Positions 46,561 to 57,108 of a DNA stretch of 64,000 nt are shown here, one piece after another. The notes under the pieces were generated by a model. The model was given only the letters and a program-made list of their open reading frames with translations, searched no databases and was not told the DNA's origin. How positions within the stretch are numbered: position 1 is the stretch's first letter; every line of letters starts with the position of its first letter. The translations under genes were made by a program, and so were the position numbers. The stretch lies in the NCBI GenBank assembly GCA_002269645.1, contig NIVC01000391.1, positions 571,207 through 635,206 on the forward strand, in the 5' to 3' direction. The stretch comes from Macrostomum lignano (taxonomy: Eukaryota).

Positions 46561-47864
46561 TCACGTATTCCTACTAGAATACTTATTGATATTGATCGTG
46601 CAATTTGCGAACTGGCAGTTGGAGAACACTGCAGCATTGGTATTCTCACGAACAGTTGTTGGCTTGTGGCCGATGATGCTTTTGCTGCTAGTCGAGACGC
46701 AGGTACCACTGCTGTCGGCATTCACACCGCATAGTTCTAACGTAGCCCCCACAGTAGTTGCCATGTCTCGAATGGCGCTGTCACGCTTCCGGGGGAGATA
46801 CCACCGCACAGTAGACTCCGTTTGTTGGCCAGTAATGCTCATGATGTCAGACACAGAATAGCCTGAATCTTTCAAATCAGCAATGCGAGTGACGCGGATG
46901 CAGTGGTTTGTATATCCCTTGCTCAGGCCGCACATCTTGCTGATCCGCTGCATGTACGTACATAGCCAGTTTATGCCTCGGACTTGCTTACTTGAGAAAG
47001 AAAATCGTAAAGCGGAACTGGCCATTGGTCGCGGGAACATACATGTACAGACGTAGAAGGTCGCACTGCTTCCCGTACAATCGAGCTTGTTTGGGATTGA
47101 AACGCTTGGCTCGTGTCGGTTCGGCACTTTGGTTTTTTGTCGGCAGCATTGGCAACTCGTAATACGGCTTACAATCACTGTCGGTCTTTTCAATAAGACT
47201 ATCTCTACGGCGCAGCTGCTTCATATGTTCTTGTCCTCTTTCACCCAATACATACATTAGCGTGAAGAGTACCTCGTCCTGTAATCGTTTACCATTGGAT
47301 CGATCCAAGTACGCAAATATTTTCTTGAGGTCAGTTTCCTCAATCGGTTCGAAGCGCTTCACACTTCCACCTGCAGCATCGAACTTTCATTTGCAGCATA
47401 CGGTTAGCGCTGGCGAATTCAGGTGCATCAGTGATGTTGATTTGTCGCTTAATGATGTAGTTAAAAAAGCGCTGGATGCCAGCCCTTATGCAAACCAGAC
47501 TTGATGTGGAGTACTTTTCGCCACTCGGCTTCGCCAGGCGAAAATAGTACAGACGCAGATGCTCGTTCAATTTCTCCTGGTCTACCGTCTGTAGGCGATC
47601 CACCGAGTAACCCAGATTGGACATGTAGTCAGCAAACCTTTGTCCATGAAATTGCATCTGATCTCGTGTTGATCTAGGCAGTGAGGCAATTTCCTTCGCA
47701 TCAATTTGGGCACTCTCAGCATCGTCAATTGAAACGCCCACATCGGCATTGTCACTGTCGGCAAGCCGGTAGATCAGGAAGTTCCACTCCCATGACGGTG
47801 TCATCGTCATGTCGACTGAAGTCGGTAATGAATTGAAGAAAGCGTTGTAGCTCTCTATCTTCAC
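46561..47864 (-). mobile_element. Crypton-like tyrosine recombinase (DUF3504/KCTD1-related), with two frameshifts
   Basis: Three consecutive frames join into one protein: core-binding region (LNEHLRLYY...KPSGEKYSTSSLVCIRAGIQRF), PIEETDLKKI, LGERGQE (catalytic R), GINWL, YTNHCIR (HxxR), IMSITGQ (usual H replaced), RWY (Y), and the VFSNCQFANCTINI tail. Frameshifts near 47380 and 47040. Confidence 0.82.
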
Positions 47865-48254
47865 TATGATATTCCCGACTCAGTTCGGTAACCAGAGCCA
47901 ATTCGCTTGATGTAACGCCATCGAGGGATTCTACTGGTAAATGCTTCCAGTTGATCATCTTTCTCCAGTGTCAAATAAGCTAGCAATGGATAAATAATCA
48001 GCGGTCCCAGTGCGTGACAACGATTGTCTCATTGATCATTTTGTATCATTTTGGAGGGGTTTTAGGGGTATAGCAATCAAGCCAGATTGTTGCACGCTTT
48101 GAATGTCTATGGCCGAAGCCAACGTCTGAGCTGACTATTTAATGCTATATTTAGCAGTTGTAACATTATAAAAACTTAATATGAAAAAACAAGTGTGTAA
48201 CATTATAAAAAGCATAAAAAAGCATATAGAAATTATAGAAATTATAGAAAAAGC

Positions 48255-48623
48255 ATAGAAGATTCGCAAGCCAGTGACTAACTGTTCGATATCGGCTGTA
48301 TTCAGATCGCAGGCGTAGTTCTTGCTTGAAAACACCTCGTTGAACTTACGAAGTGGCCACTTTTCTTGCAACAGAGCTGACTTTGGCGTAGTGTTGAGTT
48401 GCATTACATCCATCTCCCTGAGCAAGTCTCGTTCCGGATCTTGATTAGCTAACAGCGCCTCGATTTCATTCACATCCAACTGAGCCAGATCGTCCAGCAT
48501 GCCTTGCATAGTCGCCTCCCGCTGGATTCGCTCGCCAATCTCAGAAGACGACAAACCAACGACATCTCCTTGCGACATATGCAGCAATCCAATAGGCTCG
48601 CCCGTTGATGCTTCGTAAATCAT
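48255..48623 (-). mobile_element. Second, truncated Crypton-like N-terminal fragment
   Basis: NTTPKSALLQEKWPLRKFNEVF...DIEQLVTGLRIFYA parallels the N-terminal domain of the adjacent recombinase and breaks into AT-rich low-complexity sequence after FYA. Confidence 0.5.
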
Positions 48624-49529
48624 GATGACAGCTTTTTGGCCGCAAACTCGCTGAACTCGCTTGGCTTGGCTTGGTCCGTCTCTTTATTGCTCTAAACTGC
48701 CCAGATCTACGCTCGTTTACCATATTTACGCTCGTAGCTTCAGCTTCTGGCTTTAAAGACTTTCAAAACCCACTTTTGACCATAGATATTTCAAGCGTGC
48801 ACCAATGCATCATTGGTGCACTCTCTGACAAGAAACGTATTATTTTTAATGTCGTTGCTCCAATCATTGCTGCACGCTACAAATGTCTATGATCCAAAGG
48901 CACCAAAATCATACAATAATACTAATAAATGGCTATATCGTGCACAAATGATATGCATTCGTGCACTCATAGCCATTTATTACTACATCATAGACAATCG
49001 TTGTCACGCACTGCGACCGCTGATTCTTTGCATTGTTTTTCTGTTTGACGATCCTACAGACAATGCATTGTTTGTAGTAATGGATTGTTCGGCATTAAAA
49101 ATGTGAATGAATAATGATCGTCAAATTGCTAAACAAAGATAAGTTGTCTATATGGTTTCCGAGTAAGACAACGCTTTAAACCACTCGTGGCAATTGAGCG
49201 TTGTCTTACTCTGAAACCATATAGACAGTATAATTGTCTTTTGACCAAGCCTACTCACGAAGCCTATGACAATCGTGCATTGTGGTATATGAATATGCGT
49301 GTCTCTCTGCACGAAGAATTTTCGGCCATAGACTTATTCTGACTATGTTAATGTTAAAGAGACGCACTCTTTCTGTTTAAGCACCAAGCCGCGAGGTGCC
49401 TTGTAGCAGACCGAAATATATTCTCGCGCTCAAACATCCAAAAGAGCATTCCTGGAGTTTGTTACCGAGACCGGACGCTACAAGTATACAGCCATTTATG
49501 AAAAATTGTTCCAAAACTTGACGTTACTT

Positions 49530-51900
49530 ACATGAGAATGATTCAGAGAATGCACGCTTAGTAGTTACTGAAGAATGGTGAATGCTTTAAGCTGTGGTTT
49601 TACGCATATCAAAGTCTCAAATCTCTTGAGAACGTCTTTCAGTGCATTTTTCGTCAGTAAGGTAGTCGTCCGTCTCGAAACGTCGGGTTAACCTCCACTT
49701 CGTCGAGTTGGAAACCGTCCGTCTAAAATGTGGATACAAACCCCCTTGCCGCTATTTATGTCTCCATGGCGGGAAAACATAATGAGAGCTAGGGTGAAGA
49801 GGGGATAACATAAACATTATTAAGAAATAACATAATATGGATAACAACATAAACATTACTATCACTCCTTTTCTTAATACAAACATAAAAAGAGCGTTTA
49901 TCATTGTCATCTCGTCATTTAAGCATTTGAAACTCCAAAGGAATCGATTGGCGATTTTGACTCCTAAGTTCACATCCCCTGTTCCTACTGTCCTATTCCT
50001 ATTTCCTATTCCTATTCCTAAATAGGTTTTGTTTCCTATATATTGTATATCACTTCTAGAATGTTGATCCTGCTTCTTAAGTTGCTTTTGTTAATGAATT
50101 GAAGAAATTCTGGCGGTTCTCTATTAAAACAAACGTTACACTCCAGCGAATGTTGATGAATCGCAGAGTTCTTCAGCCAGTGAATTTTTACTCTTATAAT
50201 TTCAAGAGGAGTCAAGATTCAGCCAAGAACTCCACAGAAAAAAAGAAAACAAGATGTCACATGCCAATCTTCCACTGTAGGGGCGCTTCTCATGATAACT
50301 AACAAACAGGCTTGCGATAAAATTTGATATGAAAACAATCGCGTCCTTGAAAACAACCTCAATTTCGAGAAATAGTAGAGTGTTATTGCCACAATTGCCA
50401 TTAGTGTTCTCGGGGGTAGATTTGAGACTCGAGAGCCTGGTGTTGATAAACCAGCCAGTGTCGTCGACCATTTACATTTTCTCCTATGGTGCCATGAAAA
50501 TGTTCGCCAGAGTTGGGACTAGGAGGCTACTCATAGCGCAACTGTAAATTCATTCAAACACGAATATGTCAGGAGTAGCAAAGCTTAATAGGTCTTTGAA
50601 AACCTCTTTGGGTAACTTAGCGTCCTATTCAATGGAAAGCTTCAGTGAAACATTGGTGAAAAGAGAGGTAACACACAAGCTACACAGTACGAGTAATCCA
50701 GAGATTTTTGGCTTAAGTTCTCTTAAGGATTGGATAAATTCGGAATTCGATCTGACCGAAAACTCATCATACATACATACGTACATTGATGATAGAGTCC
50801 AGTAATTTATCTAGACCATATTCAGCCTCATCGGTCATGGAGACAATGGGCCCGTTCTATAAAGCCATCGCAAGATAAGATCGTTCTTAGCTCCCATCTC
50901 CGCAGTGTAGTTCCGACGCAAGATCCAACTTACGCTACGACAGCTTTATAGTACGACCCCAATTATTAGGAGTATATCCTTCTTGTGAGCTTTGCACAGG
51001 CCAACTGTCCCAAAGGCCATCAACAAACTTCCGCGCATGTGTTTTAAGATAGATCTAAATAGAGCTGTCAGCCTTGAGAACAGGGACAAAGAGACTTGGT
51101 CCACAGCCCCTGAGAACTATTGACTTGACTTTATGTACTTAAAAAATGTAAGACACCGATTTCATGCTTTGATTGACTGTCATTAACTTATTAACGTAAT
51201 TTTGCTCTTGTAACACTCGCATATTTTCGGCCTTTTATAACCCGCCAATTCAATACAATTCTTCCCTAAATTGCTTGTGAATGATCAAAGTAGATCGAAA
51301 CGCGTCGCAATTAATACTCGTAAGACCTAAATATGTTCGTTGTATAATCTCTTTTTGTGCCTTTTGAAGCGATCTGTTCCACATCTGTTCAGCCACACTT
51401 ATTTTAATGTAGCTGGCGCTTCTACGAGCTAGGATAGAATTCTTTTCCAGTCGACTGGTCCGCGGCAACTATCAGTTGCAGTCGCTCGGCTTACTTCATA
51501 GCCTTACTTCTGGTCCTGGATCTATTCCGTGCTTCAGTTGACACCCTCTTTAGAACCGGTTTTATGCAAGAAACTGTCATCAATTTCAAGACGTCAATGG
51601 CATCCTGTCATTGTCAGAACAATGTCTACAAAGTATGTAAAGTCTATCCCCGATGAGTGGCGAGAGTTTGAGAGGCTTGTCATCATCATGCTAAGAATAT
51701 CAGCTTTATGTAAAGAATTGGTTTTCTCAAAATCGACCTCGATAGAAGACTTAGAACTCTTTTACACAAAGGTTCTACTCTCCAATGCCATAAACTGAAG
51801 GGTACATAAGAGGTCACCACTCTGGCACAAGTGGTTTAATGCATATTAGGAAATTTTTATACGTGCTTGTAACAACGGGCTGTCTATCTCAAGTCGCGGC
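49530..51900 (-). mobile_element. Heavily decayed Penelope-like retroelement (RT and possible GIY-YIG remnant)
   Basis: Ordered RT remnants with stops: PIVSM (~50840), VTSLFTNVS (~50660), AMSSLLVPTLANIFM (~50510), MVDD (~50465), NNTLLFLEIEV (~50380); FETLICVKPQLK (~49600) resembles a GIY-YIG C-terminus. Boundaries are approximate. Confidence 0.72.
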
Positions 51901-52175
51901 TTCGTTCCTCAGGCACGTACATGTACTTTTGCCCAGTTCAGCCCTGTTTTCAGCTTATTTCTTACATTCTGGGCCCTTATAAATGTATATAGTGTCTGAG
52001 TTTATCGTTTCGCAAATATAATTTTTCACTCAGCAAATAGCTAAACACGTGGATTGCGATTCTTAGAGGGACTGGGGACTAAACATTAGTTCGAATGATC
52101 TCTTTTGGAAGCTTATTTATACATTAACGCTTTATTAGATATTTTTACCTAATTCGAGGGTAATTTTTGGTTATA

Positions 52176-52567
52176 CAGGGTGTCCCATAAGTAACTTTAC
52201 AACTTGTTTCGTGAATAACTTTGTGATTAATGCTTGGATCCCCACCAGATTTTAGCATAGGAAAATATATAGAAAAGGGATTTTTTGACACCAAAAGCAT
52301 GTTCATATCAGGCCAAGATTTCGCCTGAGACGCTTACCAAAGCCCTGCTGGACTTTCCGCGGCGGCTGGAGGCCTGCCTTACAAACGGCGGTGGCCACAT
52401 CGAAGGACCCTGAACGGACTGTATTTTTTAACGTACATGAACATGCTTTTGGTGTCAAAAAATCCCTTTTCTATATATTTTCCTATGCTAAAATCTGGTG
52501 GGGATCCAAGCATTAATCATAAAGTTATTCACGAAACAAGTTGTAAAGTTACTTATGGGACACCCTG
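52176..52567. mobile_element. Tc1/mariner-derived MITE, 392 bp, 131-bp terminal inverted repeats, TA target duplication
   Basis: TIRs at 52176-52306 and 52437-52567 (one mismatch) start CAGGGTGTCCC and are flanked by TA. The interior encodes a transposase C-terminus (ISPETLTKALLDFPRRLEACLTNGGGHIE*). Confidence 0.95.
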
Positions 52568-52913
52568 TACATTTAGCTTTCAGTGTATTTTACCACCCCA
52601 ACCGTAAATTCGAAAGTTTATGAATATTAAAAAATTGCCAATTCAAAAACCTTTTACCTCTAATTAGCTGTATCTGGGCTGCTGAATTACAGGTACTTGT
52701 CTTCGCTTCGGGACGGTTGCGAGAGCGATGACGCTGGGCAGTCAGAGAGCTCTGCATGCAGATCTAATCAGCTGCCAGATAGAAACTTTCTGTCTTTTCT
52801 CTTCTGCTACTGGTACATTTCACGCATAAGCGCTGCGTTGTATGGCAATCCGAGTACCAACCATCCCAACTAGGAAACCAACTGACACATACCACTAGAT
52901 TTCACTTGACACC

Positions 52914-53678
52914 ATGATGACAGTCCAGCCACTGTGTGTCTCACTGGCGCTCCTTGTGCTGGGCAGCGTGGGCATCAAATTTTCCGCTGGCTGTCCCGAA
53001 AACTTCACCTCGCCGCAAGACGGCTTCTGTCTTCATCTGAGGTCAGACGGACCAAAAATGGACTGGTGCCGAGCCCAAAGTATCTGCAACGCCATCGGCG
53101 GCCGGCTGTTGAGCACGGTAAGCAAACTAGTCGCTCTGCAACCCGTGTTAGCGCCACTCACCAGTACTGACAAGTACTACGTCGGATTTACGGACATGAT
53201 GAAAGAGGCTGAAACATCTCGAAGTGGCTGGCTGAGCACTGATGATGGAGAACTTCCCATCAACATCACCAACACCATGTGGCTGGCTGGAAAACCGGAC
53301 AATTTCTTAAATGCCGACTGCCTGATTCTGACCTCCAGTGACGGGAGCCCAATGAAACTGTCTGACGCTTACTGCAAAACCAGCTACGGCTTCATATGCG
53401 AGCCCGGACCGCAGTCCTACAGCAAGCCTGTCAGCGTCTTTGCCAAGAGCGCCCTTCCCAGCAGCCAGCCGCTGGAGACCGCCCCGTTCTACTGCGCCGG
53501 TGAGAAGAAAAGTTCAGACGGCCGAATCCACTGCGTGTCCCTGTGCGCCGCCAACCCGGTGTGCAAAGCCGTCCTGTTCAACAAGGCCACCCGCGCCTGC
53601 CGCCAGATTCTGCACGGAGATGCCGCCGTGGAGGCTGCCGTCGAGACCGACGCCAACTGGGAGAAATTCGTCCGCTAA
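52914..53678 (+). CDS. Secreted C-type lectin domain + PAN/Apple domain protein, intronless, 254 aa
   Basis: Hydrophobic signal peptide; CTLD pattern (CPENF..FC, WCRAQSIC..GGRL, YYVGFTD, W..GKPDN..ADCL, DAYC..FICE); C-terminal CVSLC..NPVCKAVLFN..C PAN/Apple pattern. Confidence 0.85.
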   Translation: MMTVQPLCVSLALLVLGSVGIKFSAGCPENFTSPQDGFCLHLRSDGPKMDWCRAQSICNAIGGRLLSTVSKLVALQPVLAPLTSTDKYYVGFTDMMKEAETSRSGWLSTDDGELPINITNTMWLAGKPDNFLNADCLILTSSDGSPMKLSDAYCKTSYGFICEPGPQSYSKPVSVFAKSALPSSQPLETAPFYCAGEKKSSDGRIHCVSLCAANPVCKAVLFNKATRACRQILHGDAAVEAAVETDANWEKFVR

Positions 53679-55291
53679 TTTAGCCTATAAACTTGGAAAT
53701 GGTCTCGTTAAAAAACTTGAACAATTATTATTGACCAAAAATGAACAAATCAGAACTTTGGAAGAGATATTTTACCTTGACAAACAGTCGCATGCATATA
53801 CTATTTTTTCTAAGGATGGATGGCGACTGACGCTCTCCAATTGCAATGTTTCTAAAATTCTAGTCCGACTGTAAGTTTTCTTGAAAGCGCCCGAAAATCA
53901 TTAAGAGGCATAGTGAAACGACTGGCTTTGATATCAAAATAACAAAATCATTTTAACGGTTTTCATAGTGTTTTCCAGTTTTCCAGTTTTTGCGGCGAAC
54001 ATACGCTCGTAATAATATCAGCTTGCAGTTGAGTCCTTAGGAGCAGCGTTCAAGTAAACATTTAGCCCTTCTGTCAGGTGTTCAGGTTTGTCAAGTTTTT
54101 TCAGGTCTAATCAGAGCAAGTGTGCGGTAGTTTCCTCGAACTTCTTAAGAGTTTTAGCCTGCAAATTCAAGTCTTGCGTCCGTTTTGCACGCCTGAAGTA
54201 ACCCATCAGTAATGTTTTTGATTTTGAAGTTTGGATTTTAGCGATATACGATCGCATACCTACCTACCGACAGACCATTTTTAGCGTCATTTAAGAATAA
54301 AACCGAAAATATTCTTACTATTCGAAATTCGAGCATCCCAAACAACTTTCTTTCAAAGTTGAAGTCGTTGCCGAAGTCACTTTTCTGAGAGTTCGCTTGA
54401 TGAAATCTATCCAGGCATTGGCAATACATGTATCTTTCTAGGTAGCTACTTAGATATACATGGATAGTTAGTTGTCAACTTAAATTGTCTGTGTTTAGAT
54501 AGCTTTCTATTCTACGAGTGGCTCCTAATGCAAGCAGAAACAAGGTAGAAAATCAAATAAGCGATGTCTTCATTGCTGTCTTTCCATTAGCTATCTAACT
54601 ATGCTTATATAGGTTTTTTTCGTAAATTTAGTATCGAAGTGTATTTTTCCTGGTTAGACTATCACAATACACAGAGCTAGGAAGTGTTAATAGAGAAAAA
54701 CAAACTTCCTCTTCCAGGTAAAATATCCAAGAAACTCACTCCCATCCATAGAAGATGAGGCATGCTTTGAAATCAGTTGGCAATTAGCAAGCGCGAAGCT
54801 ACCAACTTGATCGGGTGCACTGTTTGCTAAGAATTCGCCACGAATCATTAGCAACATTTCCTGTACGAGCGTATACATCATAACCGCTGAGCCGTCACCT
54901 AAAATCCTAAATTGCATCTGCTCCTGTTTTATGGAACCCATTATTTCGTTTTTCCATATTTCAGTATTGCATTTCCGAATCGTCGCAGAACAAAGCAAGC
55001 AAAGCAAACTTTGCACAATAGCTATCGAATTCCTTTTGTCTGCTGTCAGTCTTAACGTCAGTGGCAGACAGATCTAAGTCTTAAATCTGCAGATCTTTGC
55101 AGAACGGCAGAATATGATCGAGCTCCAAATTAGAAAAGGATTTGTACCGGTACTTATGTACCTGCAGCCTAAAGTGGGCAGTTAAAGCAAATGCAGCGTA
55201 CACCCTTTCGAAAAAAAGAGAACAAGGAGTAAAACTTTACTCTCTTACTTATTAGCAATCAGATAAATCGCAATATTTAGGGTCTGTCTAA

Positions 55292-55478
55292 GGGTTGAGA
55301 GTTGCAGCCCAGTGCTCAGAGCGTCGGACTCACAGCTTGACGGTCGGGGGTTCGATTCCCGATCTCACTGGAACAATTCGTGTCCTTGAGCAAGACACCT
55401 AACTCTACATTGCTTCAGTTCACCAGCTGTAAAATGGGTGTTAGCTGTAATCGATTATTTATTATTATATTATTATTT
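55292..55478 (+). mobile_element. tRNA-derived SINE (truncated)
   Basis: Degenerate A box, B box GGTTCGATTCC at 55349-55359, conserved SINE body word GTGTCCTTGAGCAAGACAC..., CAGCTGTAAAATGGG, and an (ATT)n tail. Confidence 0.8.
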
Positions 55479-56022
55479 GGGACTCCAACAAAAATTTTGC
55501 AAGTAGTTTCTGTTCGTAAACATTTACATGTAATGTTATACCATTTAAAAATTTCTAGCTATGTCTGTGGATGATAATACAAAAACACTTACAGGAGAGT
55601 TGTGAGCGCTCTGGTTTGGCGACACGGCCCTGACTTCCTATCTTCAGGCATGCACACTCCCTGTACCTAGTAGGTTGTGAAGCGTATGACAACCCCGACC
55701 AATTTTCGTGTAAAAGTCTCAAAATGTGACCGAAATGGAACTAGGGGTCTTTGCGCAAGAGTCAGACATGCTTAGGGCTCGGCTGCTCTGCCCCGTCCGC
55801 TGCAATTTTTAATTTCACAAATTTTGCCAAATCAAATCAAGTCGAATCATGATCGAACAAATTCGACATAGCCAAACTGAGGCCATAGATATGTAACATT
55901 TCAAAACAGATTTGCTCTGGTGTTAATTCCCCTACTAAGACAGTAATTCTTTTCTGATCTGATTTTGATCTAGCTAAAGTATACACAACTTATCGAAAAA
56001 GAGCCAAATTTCATCGACAGAT

Positions 56023-56514
56023 ATGGCTCAAGCTGGTGATGCACTTCAAAGTCAACGCAGCGAGAAGGAAGTTCTAGCCGAGGTGAAACTGGAACGAGAC
56101 CAAGTCTTCAAGGAGCTTGACCCAAACAGCAAGGGTGTTATTTCATTCGAGGACGTGTACAAAAGTTTGTACAAGAACAATGAGGATTTCAAGGGACCCA
56201 CGATGTTCATGTTCAAAAGCGTCGGAGGCAGGAAGCAAGAAGGACATTTCACTCGAGACGAATTCTTGAACTTTTTGAAGTTCACCCAGCCAGAGTTTAA
56301 GGGCGACCGGCAGCGGCTGATCTTTCGAGCGTTCGACCTGGGGAAGCGCGGCTTCGTCACCAAGGACAACCTGCGCCAGGTGTTCACCGAAGAGTACGGA
56401 CTTGAGCCGAAGTTTGACTTCGAGTACATTTTCGAGGAGGCTGACGACGATGGAGATGACAAGCTGAACTTCCAGGAATTTCAGAAGTTTATGAAGAGCT
56501 ATGAGATGTTTTAA
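56023..56514 (+). CDS. Calmodulin-like EF-hand protein, intronless, 163 aa
   Basis: Loops DPNSKGVISFED, a degenerate EF2, DLGKRGFVTKDN and a canonical DDDGDDKLNFQE. Confidence 0.85.
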   Translation: MAQAGDALQSQRSEKEVLAEVKLERDQVFKELDPNSKGVISFEDVYKSLYKNNEDFKGPTMFMFKSVGGRKQEGHFTRDEFLNFLKFTQPEFKGDRQRLIFRAFDLGKRGFVTKDNLRQVFTEEYGLEPKFDFEYIFEEADDDGDDKLNFQEFQKFMKSYEMF

Positions 56515-57108
56515 ATAGTCTTGCTGACAGGACTGAATACTTTATCTCCATGTACTGAGGGCTGACTGCTGACAGTGAACAATGTTTTCCGAACCCAGCT
56601 GATAGAGTATAGACTATTGTACGTAAGTTAAGACTTAGGGAATAATTTCTCTCAAAATTTATGGAAAGATATTTTACTGAATACAGTGAAACAAATAATA
56701 TACTAGTAGCCTATAGAGAACCGCAAACTACGATTCAGGTCAAACTTTATGTTACAAATATCAGCCTGATACAAAATCTAATGCATTTTTATCCAGTCTG
56801 ACATCTCCATTTTGGCCTCATGCATCAAGGTTAGCTGTCGCTTCTTAGCTGCAATTCCATTTTTTCAGGAAACAATGCAAGCTTGCAAGAGTCAAAAGAT
56901 TCCATTTTTTTATTCAATCCTCATTTGGACAGTTTTATTTCTCAATTCAAACTACCAGAAGTTAGGCGCATAACGGCTTTTATCATTTCATGCTAATATG
57001 AGTAGTCAGTTTTATCCATATCACCGATTTTTAAACGCTTTTTAAGTTGCAGATTAAACGTCGTATTAGTTTTTCAGAGTAATAAAGTCGTGGTGCAGGA
57101 TCGGATGT

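Noticed and set aside
54238-55016. Possible THAP or zinc-finger remnants (AWIDFIKR...CLGCSNFE; LLCLLCSA)
   Set aside because: The motifs are incomplete and interrupted by stops; no supportable call.
55292-55370. tRNA gene
   Set aside because: It has a B box but no complete cloverleaf and continues into a SINE body and (ATT)n tail, so it is called a SINE.
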